From Bacteroides uniformis (GTDB taxonomy: Bacteria; Bacteroidota; Bacteroidia; Bacteroidales; Paludibacteraceae): a stretch of 27,364 nt of DNA. A model generated the notes under the pieces. It searched no databases. It was not told the origin of the DNA and saw only the letters and a list, made by a program, of their open reading frames with translations. The DNA lies in assembly GCA_963622435.1 (NCBI GenBank), contig CAVFIY010000002.1, forward strand, positions 1 through 27,364. The letters run 5' to 3'. The translations under genes and the position numbers were made by a program. Within the stretch, counting starts at the first letter, position 1. Each line of letters begins with the position of its first letter. This document shows, piece by piece, positions 16,945 through 26,454 of this stretch.

Positions 16945-18210
16945 TTATTCGACCACGATGTCTTCCGGCACCTCGTCTTCGCTCTCGGTCTTTGCCCGTT
17001 GCTCGCGCACCTGCATAGACCGCTGTTCGCGGCTGACGCCCATCATGATACCGAAGTACAGTCCCGTGAAGAGGACACTCGTACCGCCCTTGCTGACCAG
17101 CGGCAAGGGCTGTCCTGTCACGGGTCCCATACCGACTGTCACGAGCATAGAGATGAGTGCCTGGCAGGATATCATTAGTGCCAGCCCCATGACCATGAGC
17201 ATCGCCGCCTTGTCCTCGTAGCGGGTGCTGACATTGCACGCACGGAAGAGAGTCATCAGGTAGAGGGCGATGAGTGCGCCTATCCCTATCCAGCCGCTCT
17301 CCTCCACCACGATGGCGAAGATATAGTCTGCGAACGCCAGGGGGAGGTAGTCCCGCTCCTTACTCTTGCCGGGCCCTACGCCGAACAGTCCGCCGCGTGC
17401 GATGGCAACTTTGGCATAGACCTCCTGGCGGTTGTAGTCGTTGATGACCACCTTACCGTTCTCGGCGGCGAAATCCGCCGTTGCCGCCGTGCCTATGCCC
17501 AGCCAGTCGTCGATACGGTGTACCCAGGTCTCGGCTCGTTTCATCGGCCCCGTAAAGGGGCGGTTGCGCTGTACGAAGCCGAACTCGGCAATGCAGTAGC
17601 CCAGTACCAGTACCGCCAGGGCGATGCCCGCCACGGAGCCCCAGTAGCGGAACGGAATACGCGCCAGTATCCAGAGCTGGAAGACAATGCCGCAGAGCAG
17701 TATCGTCGTCGAGAGGTTGGTGGCGAGGATAGGCAGTGCCGTTATGGCGGTCAGCCCGAGTGTACGGAAGAAGTACTTGCGGTAGTCCTCCTCGGTCTTC
17801 ATGCGCGACAGCAGGTCGGACACCACGATGATGAGCGAGAGTTTCGCCAGTTCAGAGGGTTGGAAAGTCAGTCCGATACGGAGCCACCGCTTCTCGCCAT
17901 TGATGTTGACCACACCGGGGAAGTCCACGCCCGTCAGCACCGAGAGGAAGAGGTAGTACAGGCAGAGCAGCGACACCCCGTAGAGTATGTAGCCGCCCAC
18001 GCGGTAGGTGTAAGAGGGGAATAACTGCACCACATAGACGAGTCCTATACTGCTCAGTACGAGCAGCATTTGCTTGACTATCTCGCCGCTCTTGCCCTGG
18101 TAGATAAGGACACTCGACGCCGAGTAGGTGGCGATGACGGCAATGGCGCACAGAACGACATATATCACCAGGAATGTGCGGTCTATGTTTTTCGTGAGGT
18201 GCAGTTTCAT
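16945..18210 (-). CDS. ftsW: SEDS-family cell division protein FtsW
   Basis: RWL...FQPSELAK, GVGPGKS, LPLAFADYIFAIVVEE, TGQPLPLVSKGGTS. Start placed at MKLHL (ATG 18210) just after the murD stop. Confidence 0.93.
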   Translation of the reverse strand: MKLHLTKNIDRTFLVIYVVLCAIAVIATYSASSVLIYQGKSGEIVKQMLLVLSSIGLVYVVQLFPSYTYRVGGYILYGVSLLCLYYLFLSVLTGVDFPGVVNINGEKRWLRIGLTFQPSELAKLSLIIVVSDLLSRMKTEEDYRKYFFRTLGLTAITALPILATNLSTTILLCGIVFQLWILARIPFRYWGSVAGIALAVLVLGYCIAEFGFVQRNRPFTGPMKRAETWVHRIDDWLGIGTAATADFAAENGKVVINDYNRQEVYAKVAIARGGLFGVGPGKSKERDYLPLAFADYIFAIVVEESGWIGIGALIALYLMTLFRACNVSTRYEDKAAMLMVMGLALMISCQALISMLVTVGMGPVTGQPLPLVSKGGTSVLFTGLYFGIMMGVSREQRSMQVREQRAKTESEDEVPEDIVVE

Positions 18211-18221
18211 AGTCGTATTTG

Positions 18222-19577
18222 TTAGAGTTGGCGCACCGCTTGCATGAATTGGTCGCCCCTGTCTTCGTAGGAGCGGAAGAGGTCGAAACTGGCGCAGCAC
18301 GGCGACAGCAGCACGGTGTCCCCCTCACGGGCGGCACGGTAGGCTCCCTCGATAGCGTCGTGCAGGTTGTCGGTATCCACTATCGGCAGTCCGAATGCGC
18401 CAAAGTGTTCCCGCAGTTTCTCGTTGTGCAGTCCCATGAAGACCAGCGCACGGCATTTCTCGCGCACCAATTGGTCTATCTCGCTGTAGTCGTTGCCCTT
18501 GTCTTTGCCGCCGAGTATCAGCACGGTGGGGGTGGTCATTGCCTCCAGCGCATACCAGCAGGAGTTGACATTCGTTGCTTTGGAGTCGTTGATGAAGCGC
18601 ACGCCGCGCACGGTCGCCACATACTGCAGGCGGTGTGCCACGCCCGCAAACCGCTGCAGGCTCTCGCGGATGACCTCGTTCTTGACATGGAGCAATTGCG
18701 CCGCTATGGATGCCGCCATGGAGTTGAGTTGGTTGTGCTTGCCCTGCAGACTGAGCGATGCGACGGGCAGGGTCAGCGGCTCTGCCGCTTGCACATAGAG
18801 GTTGTCATGCTCCACCCACGCCGTATTGACACCGCCCACGCGCCCTTTGGACGCTTCGGGGTTCTCGAAGCCGAACGGGTAGAGCGTTGCCCCCGGGCGC
18901 AACTTGCGTATCTCGCGGTCGAGTACGGGGTCTTCCGCCCAATAGACGAATGCGTCCTCGCGGGTCTGGTTCTGCGTAATGCGGAACTTGGCGTCTATAT
19001 AGCGTTGGAACTCGAAGTTGTAGCGGTCGAGGTGGTCGGGCGTGATATTCATCAGAATGGCGATGTCCGCCTTGAATTGGTACATGTTGTCCAGTTGGAA
19101 GGACGAGAGTTCTATCACATAGTAGTCGTGTTGCTCGTGCGCCACCTGCAGGGCGAGAGACTTGCCGATGTTGCCTGCCAGCCCCACATTCAGCCCTGCG
19201 CGGCAGAGGATGTCGTAGATGAGCGAGGTGGTCGTGGTCTTGCCGTTCGACCCCGTAATGCATATCATCTTCGCACGGGTGTAACGGGCGGCGAACTCTA
19301 TCTCCGAGATGACAGGTGTCCCCTGCGCCTGCAGTTTTTGGATGATGGGTGCGGTGAGCGGAATGCCCGGACTCTTCACCACCTCGTCGGCGTTGAGAAT
19401 CAGTGCCTCCGTGTGGCGGCCGTCCTCCCATGCCACACCGTTTTGGTCGAGTAATGCCCGATAGGGGAGTTTTATCTCGCCCATATCACTCACAAAGGTG
19501 TCGTACCCTTTTTCTTTGGCGAGAATCGCAGCGCCTGTGCCCGATTCGCCTGCTCCGAGAACTACCAGTCGTTTCAT
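18222..19577 (-). CDS. murD: UDP-N-acetylmuramoyl-L-alanine--D-glutamate ligase
   Basis: LGAGESG, KSPGIP, ITGSNGKTTT, ELSSFQL, NDSKATN, LSPCCASFD. Confidence 0.97.
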   Translation of the reverse strand: MKRLVVLGAGESGTGAAILAKEKGYDTFVSDMGEIKLPYRALLDQNGVAWEDGRHTEALILNADEVVKSPGIPLTAPIIQKLQAQGTPVISEIEFAARYTRAKMICITGSNGKTTTTSLIYDILCRAGLNVGLAGNIGKSLALQVAHEQHDYYVIELSSFQLDNMYQFKADIAILMNITPDHLDRYNFEFQRYIDAKFRITQNQTREDAFVYWAEDPVLDREIRKLRPGATLYPFGFENPEASKGRVGGVNTAWVEHDNLYVQAAEPLTLPVASLSLQGKHNQLNSMAASIAAQLLHVKNEVIRESLQRFAGVAHRLQYVATVRGVRFINDSKATNVNSCWYALEAMTTPTVLILGGKDKGNDYSEIDQLVREKCRALVFMGLHNEKLREHFGAFGLPIVDTDNLHDAIEGAYRAAREGDTVLLSPCCASFDLFRSYEDRGDQFMQAVRQL

Positions 19578-19579
19578 TG

Positions 19580-20851
19580 TCAACGGATTTTGAGAGTTAA
19601 TATAGTCAGTGCCGCCAGCACGAGTGTTACGATACAGAAGCGCAGTACGATCTTCGTCTCGTGGTGTAACTCGCTGCTGCCTTTGAGTTTTATCTCGCAG
19701 GTCGGGTCGATGCGCAGTACCTGCTCGACGGAGGTGCGGTAGTGGTCGTGCAGCGGCGTGCGCTTCCAGATACGCAGGTGCTTGCCCCGCTTCTTGGCGA
19801 ACTTATAGACCTGTGTCTGCACGATGACCGAGATGCTCTCCATGAGGAACACACCGCAGAGCAGCGGCACCATCAGTTCCTTGTGTATAATCACGGCGCA
19901 CACGCCGATGATGCCGCCTATCGTGAGGCTGCCCGTGTCGCCCATGAATATCTGTGCGGGGAAGCCGTTGTACCATAGGAAGCCGACCAGTGCGCCTACG
20001 AATGTGGCGAGGAAGACCACTATCTCTTCACTGTGAGGGATGTACATCACATCGAAGTACTCTGCCCATACATAACTACCGCTGATGTAGGCGAGTACGA
20101 TCAGTGCCACGCCTATAATCGCCGAGTTGCCCGCACACATGCCGTCCATGCCGTCGTTGAGGTTCGCCCCGTTGCTCACCGCCGCCACGACGAAGATAGT
20201 CAGCAGTACGAAGAACACCCACCCTGCACGGTACTTATTTTCCTCGCCGAGGAAGGAGAAGAGGTCGGCGTAGTTGCAGTTGTGGTGCTTGACGAACGGT
20301 ATGGTGGTTTGTGTCGATTTGACGGAGGGACTCTTCGTGACATAGGTGATGTTGTTCTCCACACGGGTCGATACCGTTTCGTTCATCGTCACCATGGGCG
20401 AGTAGCGCAGTGTCAGCCCCACTATCAGCCCCAGTGCGACTTGCCCCGCTATCTTTATCCAACCGTTCAGCCCGTCCTTGTTGTGGCGGAAGGTCTTGAT
20501 GTAGTCGTCGGCGAAGCCCAATGCGCCGAGCAGCACGGTGGTTATGAGCATCAGCAGCAGGTAGATGTTGCTCAGTCGCCCCATGAGCAGGCACGGCACG
20601 ATGATACTGACGATGATGACTATCCCGCCCATGGTGGGTACGCCTTTCTTGGCGACATTGAACGGGTCGGTCTTCTCATCTCGTTGGGTCTCGGAGATGT
20701 GTTTGCGCTTCATGAGTCGGATGAAGTACTTCCCGAAGTACACACTTATCAGCAGTGCGAGGATGCCTGCCACAATGGCACGGAACGAGATGTAGGTCAT
20801 CAGGCGTGCGCCCGGCAGTTGGTTGAAGTAAGTAAATAGCGAGTATAGCAT
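19580..20851 (-). CDS. mraY: Phospho-N-acetylmuramoyl-pentapeptide transferase
   Basis: KKGVPTMGG, GFADDYIK, NGANLNDGMDG, FMGDTGSL, PLHDHY. Confidence 0.97.
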   Translation of the reverse strand: MLYSLFTYFNQLPGARLMTYISFRAIVAGILALLISVYFGKYFIRLMKRKHISETQRDEKTDPFNVAKKGVPTMGGIVIIVSIIVPCLLMGRLSNIYLLLMLITTVLLGALGFADDYIKTFRHNKDGLNGWIKIAGQVALGLIVGLTLRYSPMVTMNETVSTRVENNITYVTKSPSVKSTQTTIPFVKHHNCNYADLFSFLGEENKYRAGWVFFVLLTIFVVAAVSNGANLNDGMDGMCAGNSAIIGVALIVLAYISGSYVWAEYFDVMYIPHSEEIVVFLATFVGALVGFLWYNGFPAQIFMGDTGSLTIGGIIGVCAVIIHKELMVPLLCGVFLMESISVIVQTQVYKFAKKRGKHLRIWKRTPLHDHYRTSVEQVLRIDPTCEIKLKGSSELHHETKIVLRFCIVTLVLAALTILTLKIR

Positions 20852-20852
20852 G

Positions 20853-22304
20853 TTAGCAGTATTTGCGAATTATCTCGTGGTCGTAGAAGTGGTGTTTCAC
20901 GCCTTTTATTATTTGGTAGTCCTCGTGTCCTTTGCCCGCCACGAGTATCACATCGCCCGCTTGGGCGAGGGTGCAGGCGGTCTGAATGGCGGTCTCTCTG
21001 TCTTCGATGATGAGCGTGCTGCGCCGTTCCTCCTCGTTCAGCCCCTCCGCCATATCGTGCAGGATGTCCGCCGGCTCTTCGTCGCGGGGGTTATCCGAAG
21101 TGAGTATCAGTTGGTCGGAACCGTGCTTGGCGATAGCTGCCATCATAGGGCGTTTGCCTTTGTCGCGGTTGCCGCCGCAGCCCACCACGGTAATCAGTCG
21201 GCTGCCCTCTCGGCGTATCTCGTTGATAGTCTGTATCACATTGTCCACCGCATCGGGCGTGTGGGCGTAATCGACGATAGCCGTCCAGCCTTTGGGGCTG
21301 CGGATGGTCTCGAAGCGTCCGTTCACGGGGTGCAGGGTGGAGAGTACGCGCAGGATGTCCGTCTTGTCGAAGCCGAGTTGCACCGCCGCCCCGTAGATAC
21401 AGAGCAGGTTCGATACATTGAACCGCCCCACCAGCGGGACGAACACCTCTTGGTTGTCTATCGAGAGCAGCATGCCGTCGAAGCCCTCCTCGAGTATCTG
21501 CGCACGGTAGTCTGCCATGGCGCGGGTGGAATAGGTATAGACTTTGGCCGCGCAGTTCTGCGTCATGACGAGTCCGTTGCGGTCGTCCTTGTTCGTAATG
21601 GCGAATGCGGTCTTCTTCAGCCCGTCGAAGAGGCGTTTCTTGGTATCTCTATAATTGTCGAAAGTCTTGTGGTAGTCGATGTGGTCGCGCGTCAGGTTGG
21701 TGAAGAGTGCACCGTCGAAGTCCAGCCCTGCGATGCGCTCTTGGGCAATGGCGTGGCTGCTGACCTCCATAAAGGCATATTCGCATCCCTTATCGACCAT
21801 ACGCCGCAGCAGTCCGTTCAGTTCGAGGGCATCGGGCGTGGTGTGGGTGGCGGGAACAGCCTCGTCCTCGATGTAATTCACCACCGTGGAGAGCAGCCCC
21901 GCTTTGTGTCCCAGCCCCCGCACGAGTTTGTAGAGCAGGGTGGCGATAGTGGTCTTGCCGTTGGTGCCTGTCACGCCCACGAGTGTCAGTCGGCGGCTCG
22001 GCTCGCCGTACCAATGCCCGGCGAGCAGCCCCAACGCACGGTCGGTGTCCGCCACCACGATGTAGGTCGCTCCGTCTGCCGCTTGGGGCAGGTAGTCGGT
22101 GTTGCTCAGCACGACCGCCGCCGCCCCTTTCTCCACACAGGAGGCGATGTAGGTATGCCCGTCTGCGGCAGTGCCTACTTGGGCGACGAACAGGAAGCCC
22201 GTCTGCACTTTGCGGGAGTCGAAAGCGATGCCCGTTATCTCTTTGTCCGTCGAGCCGACCACTTGTTTCGGCTGCAGGACGCACAGTAATTCTTTCAGTT
22301 TCAT
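20853..22304 (-). CDS. murE: UDP-N-acetylmuramoyl-dipeptide--meso-DAP ligase
   Basis: DSRKV, GVTGTNGKTT, MEVSSH, DYAHTPD, DNPR (meso-DAP specificity motif), AGKGHE. Confidence 0.97.
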   Translation of the reverse strand: MKLKELLCVLQPKQVVGSTDKEITGIAFDSRKVQTGFLFVAQVGTAADGHTYIASCVEKGAAAVVLSNTDYLPQAADGATYIVVADTDRALGLLAGHWYGEPSRRLTLVGVTGTNGKTTIATLLYKLVRGLGHKAGLLSTVVNYIEDEAVPATHTTPDALELNGLLRRMVDKGCEYAFMEVSSHAIAQERIAGLDFDGALFTNLTRDHIDYHKTFDNYRDTKKRLFDGLKKTAFAITNKDDRNGLVMTQNCAAKVYTYSTRAMADYRAQILEEGFDGMLLSIDNQEVFVPLVGRFNVSNLLCIYGAAVQLGFDKTDILRVLSTLHPVNGRFETIRSPKGWTAIVDYAHTPDAVDNVIQTINEIRREGSRLITVVGCGGNRDKGKRPMMAAIAKHGSDQLILTSDNPRDEEPADILHDMAEGLNEEERRSTLIIEDRETAIQTACTLAQAGDVILVAGKGHEDYQIIKGVKHHFYDHEIIRKYC

Positions 22305-22314
22305 ATCTTGTGTT

Positions 22315-22358
22315 GTTTTCCCTGTTCTTTCCCTGATGTTACCCTGTGGTTAGTCTGT
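22315..22358 (+). repeat. Copy 2 of the 32-44-bp dispersed repeat (ftsI-murE spacer)
   Basis: 32/32 identical to 7851-7882 and 41/44 over the extended match. Confidence 0.9.
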
Positions 22359-22360
22359 CA

Positions 22361-24211
22361 TTAGTCCTCCGCACGGACGAGTTTTTTCTTGCCTTCTTTG
22401 TCCAGGATGTAGCACCCCGAGTATGCCATGGTCTTGCGGGCTATCTGCCGCACGACCGTACCGCAGTCCATCCCCGCATCGTACATACCCCGTTTGTGCG
22501 GGTCGTTCATCATGCAGATACAAGTATATTGCGGGTTGTCCTCGGGGAAGTAGCCGACAAAGGTAATGCGGTGGCGACTGCCCGTGTAGCGTCCGCCGAC
22601 CAGCAGTTGCGCCGTACCCGTCTTGCCCGCTATCGGCACCAAGTCGTCTTGCGCCTTGCGCATGCCCCACGGGTTGACCGAAGCCGTCCCCAGGTGGTTG
22701 TCCCACACCACATCGTGCAGCGCACCTCGGATGTCGTGCAGGGTAGAGGAACTGCAGATTGCCCCTTTGACGGTCTCCGTCTCGAATGCCTCTTCCTCTT
22801 TGCCGTCCTGCTCTATGGCTTTCACCAGCACGGGGCGTATCATCTTCCCGTCGTTGGCAATGGCGTTGTAGAACATCAGTATCTGCAGGGGGCTCATCTC
22901 CACCGAGTAGCCGTAGGACATCTTGCTGAGCGTTACGGTGTCTCGCGGCACATCGATACGCATTTTCTGCGCCCCCGGTATCTCGCAATAGACGCTGTCC
23001 GTGAGTCCCATTTTGGCGATGCGGGAGACGAACTTCTTCGCACTCCCCTCGTAGGCGTGGGTGATGATCTTCGCCAGGGCGATGTTGCTCGACACGGCGA
23101 GGGCGGAGCGCACGGTATAGACCGTATCTTTGGGGTGTGCGTCGCGGTGGGTGGCTTGGAGGTATTTCCAGCCGTTGCGATAGACGCGCACGGTGTCGTC
23201 GATGTCTATCTTCCCGTCGTCCAGGGCAGCCATGAGGGCGATGGTCTTGAAGGTAGAGCCGGGTTCGACGCGCATGACGGCGTGGTTCTGCAGTTCCTGA
23301 TATTTATTCTCGTCCACCTTATCGAGGTTGGCAATGGCTTTTATCTCGCCGCTACGGGTCTCCATGAGTATGCAGCAGCCCCACTCGGCATCGATGCGGC
23401 TCATGCGTGCGCTGAGGGCTTTCTCCACGATGTCTTGCAGGTTCGCGTCGATGGTAGTACGCACATCCATGCCGTCTTCCGCCTCCTCAACCGTCACATA
23501 CATGCGCTTGCCGCCGATATACTGTTTGGCGCGTATGCCGTCCTTGCCGCTCAGTTGGCGGTCGAACGCTTTCTCCAGCCCCGAGTTGCCGTAGCCGCCG
23601 TCGCCGTAGATGCCGCCTATGGTACGGCTCGCCAGTACGCCGAAAGGCTTGATACGCTTGTGTTGCGGCTCGTAGAAGACCCCGCTCTTGTATTGGCTGA
23701 TTGCGCCCAGCGTAGTGGTGCGGAGGTTGCCGCTCTTGTCGATACCGTAGGCGAAGCGCACGCCGTCCAGTTCGCGCCGTTGGAGGTAGTTGATCGTTTT
23801 CTTGTTGAGTTGGAGGCGGTGGGTGTTCTTGCGGTAAGCGTCCGTCAGGAGGCGTTTGTACTCCTGTGCGGTGTAGTCGCCGATAATACGGTGGAACTCC
23901 GCTGCCAGGGTATCGACATTCCATTGGAACATACGCCCGCCCTTCTCGTGCAGTGCCTCCACGCCTGCGTCCATATAGACGAAATACTGCGGCATGCTCG
24001 TCGCCAGCAGACTGCCGTTGCAGTCGAGGATGTTCCCTCGCGTCGCCCGCAGCGGGGTATAGACCGGTTCCTGCCCCTCCGCCACTTGCAACCAGCGGTC
24101 GCGCTCCACGGTCTGGATACGGACTATCCGGAGTACGACCAGCCCGAAGCCAACTGCGATGAGCAGGAAGATGACGGCGAAGCGCAATATGGTATCTCGT
24201 TTCTCGTCCAT
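22361..24211 (-). CDS. ftsI: Class B penicillin-binding protein (FtsI/PBP3)
   Basis: N-terminal TM segment, RGNILD, EPGSTFK (SxxK), SSN (SxN), GKTGTAQ (KTG). Lies between ftsL and murE. Confidence 0.93.
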   Translation of the reverse strand: MDEKRDTILRFAVIFLLIAVGFGLVVLRIVRIQTVERDRWLQVAEGQEPVYTPLRATRGNILDCNGSLLATSMPQYFVYMDAGVEALHEKGGRMFQWNVDTLAAEFHRIIGDYTAQEYKRLLTDAYRKNTHRLQLNKKTINYLQRRELDGVRFAYGIDKSGNLRTTTLGAISQYKSGVFYEPQHKRIKPFGVLASRTIGGIYGDGGYGNSGLEKAFDRQLSGKDGIRAKQYIGGKRMYVTVEEAEDGMDVRTTIDANLQDIVEKALSARMSRIDAEWGCCILMETRSGEIKAIANLDKVDENKYQELQNHAVMRVEPGSTFKTIALMAALDDGKIDIDDTVRVYRNGWKYLQATHRDAHPKDTVYTVRSALAVSSNIALAKIITHAYEGSAKKFVSRIAKMGLTDSVYCEIPGAQKMRIDVPRDTVTLSKMSYGYSVEMSPLQILMFYNAIANDGKMIRPVLVKAIEQDGKEEEAFETETVKGAICSSSTLHDIRGALHDVVWDNHLGTASVNPWGMRKAQDDLVPIAGKTGTAQLLVGGRYTGSRHRITFVGYFPEDNPQYTCICMMNDPHKRGMYDAGMDCGTVVRQIARKTMAYSGCYILDKEGKKKLVRAED

Positions 24212-24214
24212 CGG

Positions 24215-24526
24215 TTACTTGAGCTTGGTCGGGGGCAGTGTACTCTGCTCCACGCGGCTGCCCATGGTCTGCAGTTTGGTTTCTATCTGCGAGGGGCGTG
24301 TCTCGCCATTCCAGGTGGCGCAGATAGTCATATAGCGGTACTTGGCGTCGAGCATCTCTTTCTGCACCTGCCCGAGGCGGTGCTGTTGGCGTGCCGCGCC
24401 GTATCCCATACAGATATACAAGAAGAAGAGAGCGCCTATCAGTGCCGCCACTCCGTAGTATTTCTTCACCCGCTCGCTGCGGACTATCTCGCCGTTGAGC
24501 CACTGGCGCACGCTGTCCGTACTCAT
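24215..24526 (-). CDS. ftsL: FtsL-like cell division protein
   Basis: 103 aa, one TM segment followed by a coiled coil. Canonical position between rsmH and ftsI. Confidence 0.8.
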   Translation of the reverse strand: MSTDSVRQWLNGEIVRSERVKKYYGVAALIGALFFLYICMGYGAARQQHRLGQVQKEMLDAKYRYMTICATWNGETRPSQIETKLQTMGSRVEQSTLPPTKLK

Positions 24527-25485
24527 GGCAGCACCTCCTTCTTCTCTGCCACGCGCAGGCGTGCGCTACGGCTGCGGGGGTTGCGTGCCACTTCGTCTTC
24601 GCTCGCCGTACGCCCTTTCTCGATAAGGATAAAGGGCGTGAGGATATTGCCGTAGAAGTCTTTCTCTATCTTGCCCTCCACATTGCCCGCCCGCAGGTAG
24701 TTCTTCACCATGCGGTCTTCGAGGGAGTGGTAGGTCAGCACGGCGATGCGTCCCCCCGGTCGGAGGGCGTTGCCCGCCGCCTCGAGCATCTCGCGCAGTG
24801 CGCCCAACTCGTCGTTCACCTCCATGCGCAGTGCCTGGAAGAGGCGTGCCATGTCTTTCTTCTGCACGGGCGGCACATCTATCTCACCGTTCGTTATCGT
24901 CGGTTGACGGCGCAGCAGGCACGCCACTAACTGCTCCGTGCGCAGGATAGGCGCTTGCTCTCTTGCCCGCACGAGCGTCTTGGCTATCTGGCGGGCGTTG
25001 CGCATCTCGCCGTAGAGGAACAGCACATCGGCTAACTGCTCTTCGGTATAGGTATTGAGAATGTCCGCCGCCGTGCGCCCCGCCGATTGGTTCATGCGCA
25101 TATCCAGTTCGCCTGCAAAGCGGAAACTGAAGCCCCGTTCTGCCTCGTCGAAGTGGTGGAAACTGACACCCAGGTCGGCAAGCAACCCGTCTATCTGCTC
25201 CACCCCGTAGTAGTCGAGGAAGTTCGCCAGGTAACGGAAGTTGCCGTGTACGAACTGCCACCGTTTGTCGCCCACGAAGCCGCCCTGCTTCTCCGCATTG
25301 CGGTATGCGTCCATGTCTTGGTCGAAAGAGAAGAGCCGCCCCCCGTCGCCGAGCCGGCGCAGTATCTCGCGGGAGTGTCCGCCGCCGCCGAAGGTAACAT
25401 CCACATAGATGCCGTCGGGGCGAATGGCAAGCCCGTCCACTGTCTCGTGGAGCATGGCGGGGATATGATAGGTCTGTTCTTCCAT
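24523..25485 (-). CDS. rsmH: 16S rRNA m4C1402 methyltransferase
   Basis: YVDVTFGGGGHS, ADLGVS, RGFSFR, LDMRM, FQALRMEVN, YHSLEDR, NPRSRSARLR. Confidence 0.97.
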   Translation of the reverse strand: MEEQTYHIPAMLHETVDGLAIRPDGIYVDVTFGGGGHSREILRRLGDGGRLFSFDQDMDAYRNAEKQGGFVGDKRWQFVHGNFRYLANFLDYYGVEQIDGLLADLGVSFHHFDEAERGFSFRFAGELDMRMNQSAGRTAADILNTYTEEQLADVLFLYGEMRNARQIAKTLVRAREQAPILRTEQLVACLLRRQPTITNGEIDVPPVQKKDMARLFQALRMEVNDELGALREMLEAAGNALRPGGRIAVLTYHSLEDRMVKNYLRAGNVEGKIEKDFYGNILTPFILIEKGRTASEDEVARNPRSRSARLRVAEKKEVLP

Positions 25486-25510
25486 TGTTGTCGGGGGGGG
25501 GATGTGGGGG

Positions 25511-25677
25511 ATATTGGGTGTTATTTGGTAGTGGGGGCTATTTGGTGCTTATTTTGGGTTTTTATTTGGGGCTTATTTTGGGGAATATTTGGATGTTATT
25601 TGGTTTTATTTGGAGTATTGGGCGTATTGTGTGTCGTTGAGTGTTATCGGGCGTATTGTGCGTCGTAAAGTGTTATC
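25511..25677. repeat. G/T-skewed TATTTGG repeat tract plus a 29-bp tandem pair in the mraZ-rsmH spacer
   Basis: About ten TATT(T)GG units at 25511-25622. GGGCGTATTGTGYGTCGTWRAGTGTTATC at 25620 and 25649. Confidence 0.8.
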
Positions 25678-26131
25678 GCGCGTTCGACTCTTTCATTTTT
25701 TGTCGGATACGGGCGGAGAGGTCGTGCGACTCGAGTTTCTTGCTCTCGAAGGTGGCGGGGTTCCAGAGGGCGAAGCGGTCGAGCATGCCCACGAAGAGGA
25801 CATCCTGTTGCGCACCTATCGTGTCGAGGTTCTTCTTCTGCAGCAGGACGCGCCCTTGGTTATCCATATCGAGTGTCTCCGCCTCTGCCATGAACTGCAT
25901 GAGCAGCAGTTGGTCTTCGGGGTTCCAGTCGTCGAGGGCGGCACGCAACTGCGCCACCTTGTCGTTCCACACCCGCTCGGGGTAGAATATCAGACACTCG
26001 TTGTCCGTATCACGCCTAAGCACGATACGCTTCGAGTCTGCCTCGTTGAGTATCTTCCGATATTGGGCGGGGACGAAGATGCGTCCTTTCTCATCCGCCC
26101 GTGCTTCGATATTTCCGATAAATGTCATCAT
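25673..26131 (-). CDS. mraZ: Division/cell wall cluster transcriptional repressor MraZ
   Basis: MMTFIG...DEKGRIFVPA...DNQGRVLL, two DxxGR SpoVT-AbrB repeats. First gene of the dcw cluster. True start at 26131 or 26128, not 26494. Confidence 0.95.
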   Translation of the reverse strand: MMTFIGNIEARADEKGRIFVPAQYRKILNEADSKRIVLRRDTDNECLIFYPERVWNDKVAQLRAALDDWNPEDQLLLMQFMAEAETLDMDNQGRVLLQKKNLDTIGAQQDVLFVGMLDRFALWNPATFESKKLESHDLSARIRQKMKESNAR

Positions 26132-26267
26132 TTCGCTTCGCGTTGGTTGCTTGCTGCGCTTCGCGTTAGTCGCTGAGCGTTGGTTGCTGTGCGTTGGTTG
26201 CTCGCTGCGCTCGCGTAGGTTTGTGTTGGTTATGTTGAGTGCGCTGTTTTCCGTTAGTTGCTTTTTG

Positions 26268-26385
26268 TCCCCTCCCCTGGAGGGGTCGGGGAGGTCTTTT
26301 ACTCCCCTCCTATGGAGGGGTCGGGGAGGTCTTTTACTCCCCTCCTTTGGAGGGGTGAGGGGAGGTCGGGGCAGGGGGAGGTCTT
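26268..26385. repeat. Three tandem REP-like palindromic units (35-bp period) plus a partial fourth
   Basis: TCCCCTCC-nnT-GGAGGGGTCGGGGAGGTC(TTTTAC) at 26268, 26303 and 26338. Confidence 0.9.
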
Positions 26386-26411
26386 GGGTCTTTCTTTTCC
26401 GATTTCCGCTG

Positions 26412-26454
26412 CAAAGGTACGGAAAATATCCGATATTCCCCCACTTTTCCCCAC
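26412..26454 (-). promoter_or_regulatory. dcw (mraZ) promoter with putative MraZ-binding GTGGG boxes
   Basis: The - strand reads GTGGGGAAAA-GTGGGGGAAT...TACCTTTG. Boxes are 10 bp apart at 26454 and 26444. The -7 element is at 26412-26419. Confidence 0.75.

Noticed and set aside
20840..20860. Absence of murF between murE and mraY
   Set aside because: This is the normal arrangement for Bacteroidota dcw clusters.
18219..24655. Very long + strand ORFs (411, 268, 479 and 769 aa) opposite the dcw genes
   Set aside because: They are antisense shadows in GC-rich coding DNA, co-extensive with murD, mraY, murE and ftsI.
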